DNA from: an uncultured Gammaproteobacteria bacterium
GTDB lineage: Bacteria; Patescibacteriota; Microgenomatia; UBA12405
Reading direction: 5' to 3'
DNA length: 64,000 nt
Assembly: GCA_964544275.1 (NCBI GenBank)
Contig: CAZIZX010000001.1
Coordinates: 196,342-260,341, forward strand
Below the pieces are notes generated by a model. That model was not told the origin of the DNA, did no database searches, and saw only the letters and a program-made list of their open reading frames with translations. The position numbers were made by a program, and so were the translations under genes. The stretch's first letter is position 1. Each line of letters begins with the position of its first letter. Below, in pieces: positions 1 through 8,024 of this stretch.

Positions 1-523
1 CCTTGGTCTTAATGGTTTACAAACCTTACTATCCCGATATTTTCCTAAATTAAAAAATATAAATCGGATCGAAGCCTATGACATATCAAATCTCGGATCC
101 AAATATTTTGTCGGTTCTATGGTTGTATTTTTCGAAAATCATATTGATATAAATCAATATAGAAAATTTAAAATATATTCCAAAAACACTCCCGATGATC
201 AATTCATGATCAAAGAAATTATCTGGCGCCGGCTCAAACATTTTGATTGGACTTACCCTGACATCATCCTTGTTGATGGTGGTAAACCTCAGGTTAGCGC
301 CGCTAACTCAGTTTTATCTCTCCAATCTCAGAAAAACATTGCCCTCATTGGTTTAGCTAAAAAACAGGAAACCGTCGTTATCAAAACCCTGGAATCTTTT
401 ATCGAGGTCAATCTTCCACCTAATTCCGAAACGCTAAAACTGCTTCAAAAACTCAGAGACGAAGCCCACCGTTTTGCCAATAATTACCGGCGCCAACTCC
501 AAAACAAAGTCTTACGAAGCTAA
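1..523 (+). CDS. uvrC: Excinuclease ABC subunit C (UvrC), C-terminal portion; 5' end lies upstream of the window.
   Basis: The frame is open from base 2 to the stop at 523. It carries the UvrC endonuclease-domain motifs IILVDGGKPQ, IALIGLAKK and RDEAHRFANNYRR. The protein ends right after this motif, with no helix-hairpin-helix tail. Confidence 0.7.
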   Translation, partial: LGLNGLQTLLSRYFPKLKNINRIEAYDISNLGSKYFVGSMVVFFENHIDINQYRKFKIYSKNTPDDQFMIKEIIWRRLKHFDWTYPDIILVDGGKPQVSAANSVLSLQSQKNIALIGLAKKQETVVIKTLESFIEVNLPPNSETLKLLQKLRDEAHRFANNYRRQLQNKVLRS

Positions 524-1660
524 CCAGTCACTCATCTGCCTTAACCCCTCTCTGGCCTGGGTATTTTCATCAAAGTACTTTCTGGCCGGTTCCAGTTTTT
601 CTATCAACCAATCCATCAGCGCATTTTTTAAATCTAAAGGAAACAACTTTCCGTTTTTATAATCAGTTATTAGAGAATCAGTCTCGGTGTAAACAATACT
701 ACCTCCGTACCGCTCTGGCCTGTTAACAATAAAGTTACCGCCTTTTTCGCCCCAAAATACCAAAGTTTCCACCCAGTTAATCAAAGGGTTTAACACAATA
801 TCCTCCGGAGGTCCATAGGCCTTTTTTATTTTCTCTCTTATCATGTCTGGCGTGTCGTGTACAAATATAGCACTGCCCGGCTTTGACTTACTCATCTTCA
901 AATCAACGGCTGCCTCCTCTGTATTTTGGCTCTTATCTACTTTTTCCGGTCCACTCAAACCCGCTATCAAATTATGATGGACAGCCACAGGAGAAATTAT
1001 CTCTCCCTTACCGTTCTTCAAAGGATTAATTTTTAATTTAGAAGCCACCTGTCTGGCCACCACATGGGCTTTTCTCTGGTCCATACCTGCATGTGCCAGA
1101 TTAACTTTCATGGTAAAAATATCGGCCACCTGGAGTGGGGGATAAAATAACGTTGCCATCTCCACGTCAGTTCCTTTATTTTTACCCATTATGGAAATCG
1201 ATCTCATATTTCTTGACAAAGTAACATGCTTACCCACTTCCATAAACGTTTCCCAATGAGTCAAGTTATTTTCGTATAAATCTTTACCGTTAATAAATTC
1301 TATTTGATTGCTGTCAACCCCCCAGCATTTTAGGGACGCAATCAATCCTTCCTTGAAATAATTTTCCGTTGCCCACCGGATTCTTTCCCAATCACCGCCC
1401 AGTTTGTTATTCAAATAGGAATGAAAATCGGCCAAAAATATTCTACACTTAACACCGGCTAATAAAAAATCACGAATTTTCCCCATCGATACCAGCCCTG
1501 TTCCTAAATGCACCATCCCCGAAATCTCAAAACCTATATAATGGCTCAGTTGAGTACCACTGTCTATCAACTGCCCTAAATCTTCTTCTGTTAATATTTC
1601 CTGGCAATTTCTGGAAATTAGTTTGATTTTTTCTTCTTTAGACAAGAGCTTTTTATCCAT
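512..1660 (-). CDS. tyrS: Tyrosine--tRNA ligase, archaeal/eukaryal type.
   Basis: Class I aaRS motifs HLGTG (HIGH-like) and KMSKS are present. The N-terminus GFEISGMVHLG...RIFLADFHSYLN matches the archaeal-type TyrRS pattern GFEPSG.IHLGH...LLADLHAYLN. Confidence 0.75.
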   Translation of the reverse strand: MDKKLLSKEEKIKLISRNCQEILTEEDLGQLIDSGTQLSHYIGFEISGMVHLGTGLVSMGKIRDFLLAGVKCRIFLADFHSYLNNKLGGDWERIRWATENYFKEGLIASLKCWGVDSNQIEFINGKDLYENNLTHWETFMEVGKHVTLSRNMRSISIMGKNKGTDVEMATLFYPPLQVADIFTMKVNLAHAGMDQRKAHVVARQVASKLKINPLKNGKGEIISPVAVHHNLIAGLSGPEKVDKSQNTEEAAVDLKMSKSKPGSAIFVHDTPDMIREKIKKAYGPPEDIVLNPLINWVETLVFWGEKGGNFIVNRPERYGGSIVYTETDSLITDYKNGKLFPLDLKNALMDWLIEKLEPARKYFDENTQAREGLRQMSDWLAS

Positions 1661-1672
1661 AAACCCATTATA

Positions 1673-3121
1673 TCAACTAAGTAATTCCTTGGCGTAGACA
1701 ACCTTTCGGATATGTTCCTTCGCCCATTGCGTCTTGACCAGATCCAACCAGTTTTTGTTGACATTCAGTCTTTTGCTCAGAAGAATCTCAATCATATCCC
1801 CGGTAACCAAGACCGTATCAATTTTTTTCATTTTTTTGTTAATAATTACCCCGTTACACCGGTCCCCGATATCAGTATGAATTCTGTAGGCAAAATCTAA
1901 TGCCGTACTCCCGGCTGGCAGTTGTATTGTGTCTCCTTTGGGCGTGAACACATAAATATAGTTTTTTAATACATTTATTTGATAGTTCTTAACCTCATCA
2001 TCCTTTATTTGCCATTTGATCAAATCTTTTACCCAGGATAATGACATGTTCTCATACGTGCCTTTGTTCAACTTATAAACTATATGTGAAGCCGGACCAA
2101 ATTCATTAAATTCGTGCATTTCTTTCGTCCGAATTTGAACTTCCACCGTCAACCTATCCTTCCAAATTAATGTTGTCTGAATCGATCTGTAACCGTTGGG
2201 TTTTGGTGCTGAAATATAATCATCGAACTCATCAGCCAAATATTTATACCTGGAATGAAGCAATCCCAATATCGTATAACAATCCTCTACTTTTTCCGCA
2301 ATTACTCTGATACCTACCCGGTCTTTTACTCTGTCATAACCCTTTCTTTTTGCCTTAAGGTAAGTACTGTATAAACTTTTTATCCTGCCCTCAACCAGAC
2401 AATCATTAATTTTATTTGCTCTAAGCATTCTCCCCAAATCAGCCTTTACCATAGCCAGAGCTTTTAGTTCGTACCTCTTTCTTCCCCTGAGTTCTACCTC
2501 TAGCTTTAAAGCTTCTTCTGGATAAAGAATTTTAAAGGCGATGTCTTCCAGAAGCCTTTTAAAATAATGCAATCCCACATATTCAGCAATCGGACTATAT
2601 ATCCCAAAAACCCTTTTGGCATACTTAATCTGCCTTTCTTTAGGTAAAGATTCTATTGTCAATCCGTTATGTAGCTTATCCACGATTCTGACAATTAGAA
2701 CCCGAACATCATCTACTGAAGAAAACAAAAATTTTCTAAATACTTCAATGCTGGTCTGATGTACTTCTATTCCTCGAGTTCTGTTTCTAACTTCCGTCAA
2801 ACCATTAACCAATAAGCCCACTTCATCTCCAAATTCTTTGGCTACATCGTCCAGTGTAGTATTTGTATCCTCAATAACATCATGCAGCAATGCCGCAAAT
2901 ACAGCTTTATGCCCTATCCCTAATTGAGTCACCACCTTGGCTACCCAAAAAGGATGGCAGAAAAAGTCTTCTCCTGACACTCTTTTTTGGCCCTCATGTG
3001 CTTTTTTGGCAAAGTCATAGCATTTTTTTACATCTTCAACCACTAATCCGGTATCTTTGGAATACTTTTCCAATGTCCGCCAATCATAATTTCCTTTATC
3101 TAGCGACAAATCTAGTGCCAT
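1673..3121 (-). CDS. rel: Bifunctional (p)ppGpp synthetase/hydrolase of the Rel/SpoT (RSH) family; short form with HD, synthetase and TGS domains only.
   Basis: The HD hydrolase motif AALLHDVIEDT, the synthetase motifs RVKDRVGIRVI and EVQIRTKEMHEFNEFG, and the TGS motif IYVFTPKGDTIQLPAGSTALDFAYRIHTDIGDRC are all present. The protein ends about 30 aa after the TGS domain. Confidence 0.85.
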   Translation of the reverse strand: MALDLSLDKGNYDWRTLEKYSKDTGLVVEDVKKCYDFAKKAHEGQKRVSGEDFFCHPFWVAKVVTQLGIGHKAVFAALLHDVIEDTNTTLDDVAKEFGDEVGLLVNGLTEVRNRTRGIEVHQTSIEVFRKFLFSSVDDVRVLIVRIVDKLHNGLTIESLPKERQIKYAKRVFGIYSPIAEYVGLHYFKRLLEDIAFKILYPEEALKLEVELRGRKRYELKALAMVKADLGRMLRANKINDCLVEGRIKSLYSTYLKAKRKGYDRVKDRVGIRVIAEKVEDCYTILGLLHSRYKYLADEFDDYISAPKPNGYRSIQTTLIWKDRLTVEVQIRTKEMHEFNEFGPASHIVYKLNKGTYENMSLSWVKDLIKWQIKDDEVKNYQINVLKNYIYVFTPKGDTIQLPAGSTALDFAYRIHTDIGDRCNGVIINKKMKKIDTVLVTGDMIEILLSKRLNVNKNWLDLVKTQWAKEHIRKVVYAKELLS

Positions 3122-3123
3122 AA

Positions 3124-3834
3124 TCAGTTAAGTAATTTACCAAAAACCAGCAGTCTTTTCCAGTCCGTACCTATCGGCCAACACGTTTGTAATATCAGCA
3201 TCTCCTTGTCTGCTTCTCTGTATTCTAAATATTTTATTTCAGAAGCGGCAACTACCTTTTTGCTAAATACCTCATAAATAAAAACCCGCCCTCCATACTT
3301 AACATGCACCTTGTCTCCAGGCGCCAGTTCCCCCAGTAAATAGAAGACTGAATTTTTCCTTGCCATATTAATACCTTGTTCAGTTGAATGAGCAAATATA
3401 TAAACAGAATTACCTGGCCCTGAACCGGGCTTATCTGACAATTCAGAATGTGCCACCCTGTTGTCAGACAGAATACTTAAATACTCATTCGGGTTATATG
3501 GCGATACGTCAGCCGCGATATCAGCAGCCGCTAATATTTTTGGTATTTGAATTCGAAACTCTTTATCCTGTTCTTCTTCCTCAACTTCTTCCAAAAATAC
3601 TTCAGCTGTTTCAGCCGAAACATTTTCCGTCGGAGCTTTAAGCTTGTAGTTAACAATAGCCAAAGACAACGGATAATACAAATAAACTAAATAAACCAAA
3701 CATCCCACCAACACTCCATTGCCAAAATAAAATATCTTTCTTCTAAAACCAGCCGGATTACTGAACAGCACCCCCTTTTTTCTCTTTAATTTTATACTCC
3801 TTTTTCTGGGTGTTATTCTAAAAAATTCAAACAT
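3124..3834 (-). CDS. Sortase-family transpeptidase with an N-terminal membrane anchor.
   Basis: It has an N-terminal TM segment, a catalytic His context (IFAHS), the conserved LQTCWP (TLxTC-like) Cys motif and a downstream Arg, in the typical sortase order. Confidence 0.65.
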   Translation of the reverse strand: MFEFFRITPRKRSIKLKRKKGVLFSNPAGFRRKIFYFGNGVLVGCLVYLVYLYYPLSLAIVNYKLKAPTENVSAETAEVFLEEVEEEEQDKEFRIQIPKILAAADIAADVSPYNPNEYLSILSDNRVAHSELSDKPGSGPGNSVYIFAHSTEQGINMARKNSVFYLLGELAPGDKVHVKYGGRVFIYEVFSKKVVAASEIKYLEYREADKEMLILQTCWPIGTDWKRLLVFGKLLN

Positions 3835-3868
3835 TTATTAATTTTACTTGAAATTTATAAATTATTGG

Positions 3869-3897
3869 TTGACAAAAAATTATTATTGCTATATAAA
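3869..3897 (+). promoter_or_regulatory. Sigma70-like promoter candidate, TTGACA-17 nt-TATAAA, in the divergent sortase/greA intergenic region.
   Basis: TTGACA at 3869-3874 and TATAAA at 3892-3897 are separated by a 17-nt spacer. This is the only consensus -35 in a 222-bp AT-rich intergenic region. Confidence 0.3.
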
Positions 3898-4056
3898 TAC
3901 AAAACCATGGCAACAATAAATGATAAATATACCGTAAACTTTGCCATAATCAAGCGCCTCTCCATTAAGTATTGATCGGGTATTTATCCGTTACATACCC
4001 CATCAACTCATTCGAGAGGTCTTTTTATATATAAAGTTAATATTATTAAAAAATAT

Positions 4057-4518
4057 ATGAACAACAAAGTATTGATGACCCAGGAGGGTTACAATCGTCT
4101 GGCCACCGAGCTTTATGAACTCAAAGTCAGACGTGATCGGTTAGTTACCCAAATTGAAGAAGTCGCCCAGCCTGACGAGTCGGGTGAAGATGGCTTAGCT
4201 ACTCAGCTCAAAGAAGAGCTTGAAGTGGTTAGCGAAAAAATTGACCATCTTGAAGAAGCCCTGGAAACTTCCGAAATAATTTCCGGTAAGCAAACTTTTG
4301 ATTCAGTTCAGGTTGGCTCCAAAGTTACCATCAATATCTCCGGCAACACCAAAAAAGAATTTTTCATCGTTAGCCACCTGGAAGCCAACCCTCTGGAAAA
4401 CAAAATATCTGACAAATCACCTTTGGGGGTGGCGCTTTTAGGTAAGAAAATAAATGACGAAGTTGAAGTCCAGGCTCCGGTGGGCAAACTTGCCTACAAA
4501 ATCGTCTCTATTGTCTAG
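4057..4518 (+). CDS. greA: Transcription elongation factor GreA.
   Basis: N-terminal coiled-coil and C-terminal FKBP-like domain. The motifs SPLGVALLGKKINDEVEV and FFIVSHLEA are characteristic of GreA. Confidence 0.85.
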   Translation: MNNKVLMTQEGYNRLATELYELKVRRDRLVTQIEEVAQPDESGEDGLATQLKEELEVVSEKIDHLEEALETSEIISGKQTFDSVQVGSKVTINISGNTKKEFFIVSHLEANPLENKISDKSPLGVALLGKKINDEVEVQAPVGKLAYKIVSIV

Positions 4519-4536
4519 TCTGATGTAAAATAAACC

Positions 4537-6039
4537 ATGACCAACACCCAATCTTTAAGCACTTTAAGTCAGCAAAGGCTGGACAAATTAATAAAGCTTA
4601 AATCTCTCAAAGGGATTTCCTATCCCCAACCTAATCTCAAAGATAAAAACACTATCAATGAAGCTCTTTCCCTTCTGGACAAAAACGTAGTTATCGCTGG
4701 TCGTCTTATGTCTCTTCGGGGTCACGGTCGTATTCTGTTTGCTGATATTGTCGACAGAACCGGCAGGATCCAAATATTCTTTCAGGAAAAAATTTTAGGC
4801 AAAGAACTGATGAAAGAAACTAAGTTATTAGATATTGGCGATATCGTTGCCGTCAGCGGGACGGTTTTTACCACTCAAGCCGGTGAAATTACTATCAACG
4901 TCTCCTCTTTTCAAATTCTGGCCAAAAATCTTCGCCCCTTACCCGAAAAATGGCACGGCCTTAGGGATGTCGAAGATCGATATCGACAACGTTATGTTGA
5001 TTTAATCGTTAATCCTGACGTCAAAAAAGTCTTTGAAACCAGGACCAAAGTCCTATCCGAAATGAGAAAATTTTTGGATGATCACGGCTTCCTGGAAGTC
5101 GAAACCCCCATTCTCCAATCTATCTATGGCGGCGCCTCCGCCAAGCCCTTTGTCACCCGCCACAATACTCTCGATATGGATATGTACCTAAGGATTTCTG
5201 ACGAACTTTATCTCAAAAGGTTGATAGTTGGCGGCTTAGAGAAAGTTTACGAAGTCAGTCGTGACTTCAGAAACGAAGGTGTTTCTCGCTTTCACAACCC
5301 AGAATTTACCCAGATTGAGTTTTATTGGGCTTACGTTGATTACGATCAGTTAATGAAATTCACCGAAAAGCTTGTTACCCACATTATCAAACTCGTCAAA
5401 GGTTCTTTCTTATTTAATTTCCAAGGGACACGATTAGATTTTACTCCACCGTTTAAAAGAGTTACTTTCCGTGATGTCATCCTGGAACAAACTCAAATTG
5501 ACATCGATAACATCAAAACTGAAGACCAGTTTGACTCTGTCATCAAAGCCCAAAAAATAAAATTAGACATGAGCGGTGTTTATGGTTTGGGTCCGCGCTT
5601 TGACGCTCTTTACAAACAACATGTCCGCGCTTCCATCATTCAACCCACCTTTGTTACTGACTATCCGGCCTCAATGATTGCCTTGGCCAAAAGAAAAGAA
5701 GACAACCCGGAACAAATAGCCTCATTTCAATTACTTGCTGCCGGTACTGAGCTACTCAAAGCCTACAACGAGCTCAATGACCCCCACGATCAGTATCAAC
5801 GTTGGCTGGAAGAAGAAACTTTAGCTGAAAAAGGATTGGAAGATGCCATGCAGCTAGACAAAGATTACATTCGTGCCCTGGAATACGGTATGCCTCCAAC
5901 TGCCGGCTGGGGCATGGGTATTGACCGATTTACTCAATTCCTGACTGATCAACCTACCGTCAAAGACACTATTCTATTTCCAGCCATGCGTCATGAAGAA
6001 ATTGATTTAATTGTTGATAAGTTCAGCGATGCCAAATAG
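4537..6039 (+). CDS. lysS: Lysine--tRNA ligase (class II).
   Basis: N-terminal OB anticodon-binding fold (RLMSLRGHGRILFADI). Class II motifs ETPILQ...GGASAKPF, YLRISDELYLKRL and RDFRNEGVS..HNPEFT are present. Confidence 0.9.
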   Translation: MTNTQSLSTLSQQRLDKLIKLKSLKGISYPQPNLKDKNTINEALSLLDKNVVIAGRLMSLRGHGRILFADIVDRTGRIQIFFQEKILGKELMKETKLLDIGDIVAVSGTVFTTQAGEITINVSSFQILAKNLRPLPEKWHGLRDVEDRYRQRYVDLIVNPDVKKVFETRTKVLSEMRKFLDDHGFLEVETPILQSIYGGASAKPFVTRHNTLDMDMYLRISDELYLKRLIVGGLEKVYEVSRDFRNEGVSRFHNPEFTQIEFYWAYVDYDQLMKFTEKLVTHIIKLVKGSFLFNFQGTRLDFTPPFKRVTFRDVILEQTQIDIDNIKTEDQFDSVIKAQKIKLDMSGVYGLGPRFDALYKQHVRASIIQPTFVTDYPASMIALAKRKEDNPEQIASFQLLAAGTELLKAYNELNDPHDQYQRWLEEETLAEKGLEDAMQLDKDYIRALEYGMPPTAGWGMGIDRFTQFLTDQPTVKDTILFPAMRHEEIDLIVDKFSDAK

Positions 6040-6622
6040 GCAGGATTACCTTGAGGTTGTCAAGTTTTCCTTGGAGAAAAATATTTTCTATCACTCTTTG
6101 GCCCTCGAAGCCTGTATGCTGGGTATCTACGACTATCTTCAATCTCAAAACCAATTAAAAGCTAACCAGCCCAACCGCCAAGAGTGGGGCCTGGCCGGTC
6201 TGATTCACGATATCGACTATACCGCTGAGTTCAAGCAAGACCACCCCAACAAAACTCGTCAAGCTTTAGCCAAATATGACCTGGATCTTTCTGACACTGT
6301 CGATCAAATCGTCAAGGCCCACGCACCCGAATTGACAGGAGTGCCCACCCAATCCCAAGCTCAATGGGCCATATTCTGTGCCGACAGCCTTACAGGTCTT
6401 ATTGTTGCTACCGCGCTCGTCTACCCCAGCAAGAAACTGTCCGATGTCAAAACTTCCTCAATACTAAAACGCTTTCTCAAAGAACCCCGTTTTGCTGCTG
6501 GCACCAGACGTCAGGATGTAATTCTTTGTCAAAAACCTGAAGGTCTTAACATCCCCCTTCCAGATTTTATCGAAATTTGTCTAAACTCGATGAAGTCAAT
6601 AGCCAAAAATATTGAACTTTAA
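6029..6622 (+). CDS. HD-domain phosphohydrolase.
   Basis: H...LA. ...GLIHDIDY is an HD metal-binding motif. The start is assigned to the internal Met at 6029, which overlaps the lysS stop by 11 nt. Confidence 0.55.
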   Translation: MPNRQDYLEVVKFSLEKNIFYHSLALEACMLGIYDYLQSQNQLKANQPNRQEWGLAGLIHDIDYTAEFKQDHPNKTRQALAKYDLDLSDTVDQIVKAHAPELTGVPTQSQAQWAIFCADSLTGLIVATALVYPSKKLSDVKTSSILKRFLKEPRFAAGTRRQDVILCQKPEGLNIPLPDFIEICLNSMKSIAKNIEL

Positions 6623-6663
6623 TCAATTTGCGGCAATATTTCGATAATAAATAATTTTTAATT

Positions 6664-6672
6664 TGATAAAAT
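6664..6672 (+). promoter_or_regulatory. Extended -10 promoter element (TGaTAAAAT) for serS; implies a leaderless or near-leaderless transcript.
   Basis: TG at 6664-6665 and the hexamer TAAAAT at 6667-6672. Only 9 nt lie between the hexamer and the serS ATG at 6682, and there is no SD motif. Confidence 0.3.
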
Positions 6673-6681
6673 AGACCAACG

Positions 6682-7944
6682 ATGATTGATATTAATCTTT
6701 TGCGCAACCAGCCTGACGTGGTCAAACAAAGCCTCGAAAATAGACAAAAAGATCCTTATTTAGTCGATAAAATAATCGCAATTGACAGTGACAGAAAAGC
6801 AGTTATCGCTCAGGTCGAAACACTAAGAGCTCAACAGAACAACATTAGTCGACAAATAAAAAACAAACCCACCCCTGACCAGATTAAAGCAGCTTCCCAA
6901 ATCAAAGACCAACTCAAACTTCTCGAAGGCCAACTTAATAATCACCAGGTCTCATTAGATACGCTTCTCGAAGAAATTCCCAACATTCCTTCTGATGATA
7001 CACCGATTGGCAAAGATGACCGCGACAATATCGTTATCAAAACCGTTGGTAATCCTACTAAATTTGATTTTCAGCCTTTAGATCACATTGATTTGGGCGA
7101 AAATCTTGATCTTATTGACACCAAACGTGCCGCCAAAGTTTCCGGATCCCGCTTTGGTTACTTCAAAAACCAGGCTGCAATCCTGGAAATGGCTATTATG
7201 TTTTATGCCTTCCAGAAACTAGCCCACAAAGGCTGGCACGGCATGATTCCTCCGGCCATGATCAAAGGTGAAAGCGAGTGGAAAATGGGTTATAACAGCA
7301 ATAAAAACCTTTTTAATGCCTACTATTCTATTCCGGAAGACGATTTAATTTTCATTTCCAGTTCTGAACATTCTGTGGTCCCATATCACATGGACGAGAT
7401 TTTAGAAGCGTCGGACTTACCTCTCAAATATGTCAACTTCTCTCCCTGCTTCCGTCGCGAAGCCGGTACTTACGGCAAAGATACCCGGGGATTATTTCGG
7501 GTTCATTTCTTCAACAAAGTTGAAATGAACGTTTTTACCCTTCCTGACCTAGAAATTTCCGACAATATGGCTCTGGAAATGCTCCAAAACGAAGAAGAAT
7601 TAATGCAGGAATTGGAATTGCCTTATCAAGTCGTCAAATGTTGCACCGGCGATCTGCCTCAACCAAACCGTCGGATGTACGATGTCAATACCTGGTTCCC
7701 GGGTCAAAATACCTACCGCGAGACCCAATCCTGTAGTAACTGCACCGACTACCAAGCCAGACGTCTTAATACTAAAGTCAAGATAGACGGTAAAAACGAA
7801 TTTGTTCATATCCTCAACGCCACCTTGATTACCGATCGTGCTGTTTTGGCTATTATGGAAAACCAACAACAAGCTGATGGCAGTATCAAAATCCCCAAGG
7901 TCCTTCATCCTTTTACTAATTTCACTTCCATTACCAAACCCTAA
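6682..7944 (+). CDS. serS: Serine--tRNA ligase.
   Basis: N-terminal tRNA-binding coiled coil (MIDINLLRNQPD...). Class II core motifs LGENLDLID, AAKVSGSRFGYF and PCFRREAG..G.DTRGLFRVHFFNKVEM are present. Confidence 0.9.
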   Translation: MIDINLLRNQPDVVKQSLENRQKDPYLVDKIIAIDSDRKAVIAQVETLRAQQNNISRQIKNKPTPDQIKAASQIKDQLKLLEGQLNNHQVSLDTLLEEIPNIPSDDTPIGKDDRDNIVIKTVGNPTKFDFQPLDHIDLGENLDLIDTKRAAKVSGSRFGYFKNQAAILEMAIMFYAFQKLAHKGWHGMIPPAMIKGESEWKMGYNSNKNLFNAYYSIPEDDLIFISSSEHSVVPYHMDEILEASDLPLKYVNFSPCFRREAGTYGKDTRGLFRVHFFNKVEMNVFTLPDLEISDNMALEMLQNEEELMQELELPYQVVKCCTGDLPQPNRRMYDVNTWFPGQNTYRETQSCSNCTDYQARRLNTKVKIDGKNEFVHILNATLITDRAVLAIMENQQQADGSIKIPKVLHPFTNFTSITKP

Positions 7945-7963
7945 AAAGCTTAGAGGAGCCACC

Positions 7964-8009
7964 CCATGCCCCGTACTCTTTACTGAGTATCGGGGCATGG
8001 TCTTTTTTT
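7964..8009 (+). terminator. Rho-independent terminator after serS.
   Basis: A GC-rich inverted repeat, CCATGCCCCGTACTC...GAGTATCGGGGCATGG (~15 bp stem with one bulge), is followed by TCTTTTTTT at 8001-8009. Confidence 0.6.
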
Positions 8010-8016
8010 GTATAAT
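8009..8016 (+). promoter_or_regulatory. -10 element TGTATAAT immediately downstream of the serS terminator; candidate secA promoter giving a leaderless mRNA.
   Basis: Consensus TATAAT at 8011-8016 is preceded by TG. The secA ATG at 8025 is only 8 nt downstream and has no SD. Confidence 0.35.
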
Positions 8017-8024
8017 ATACCGAT

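Noticed and set aside
3953-4021. Possible hairpin (CCTCTC...GAGAGG followed by TTTTT) in the greA upstream region as a terminator or riboswitch
   Set aside because: The stem is only 6 bp with a ~48-nt loop, and it is not near a gene 3' end on the relevant strand. It is too weak to call.
7600-7998. 132-aa ORF on the minus strand antisense to serS
   Set aside because: It lies entirely within serS, whose motifs are strong. Its 5' end covers the serS terminator hairpin. I recognise no domain. It is a shadow ORF.
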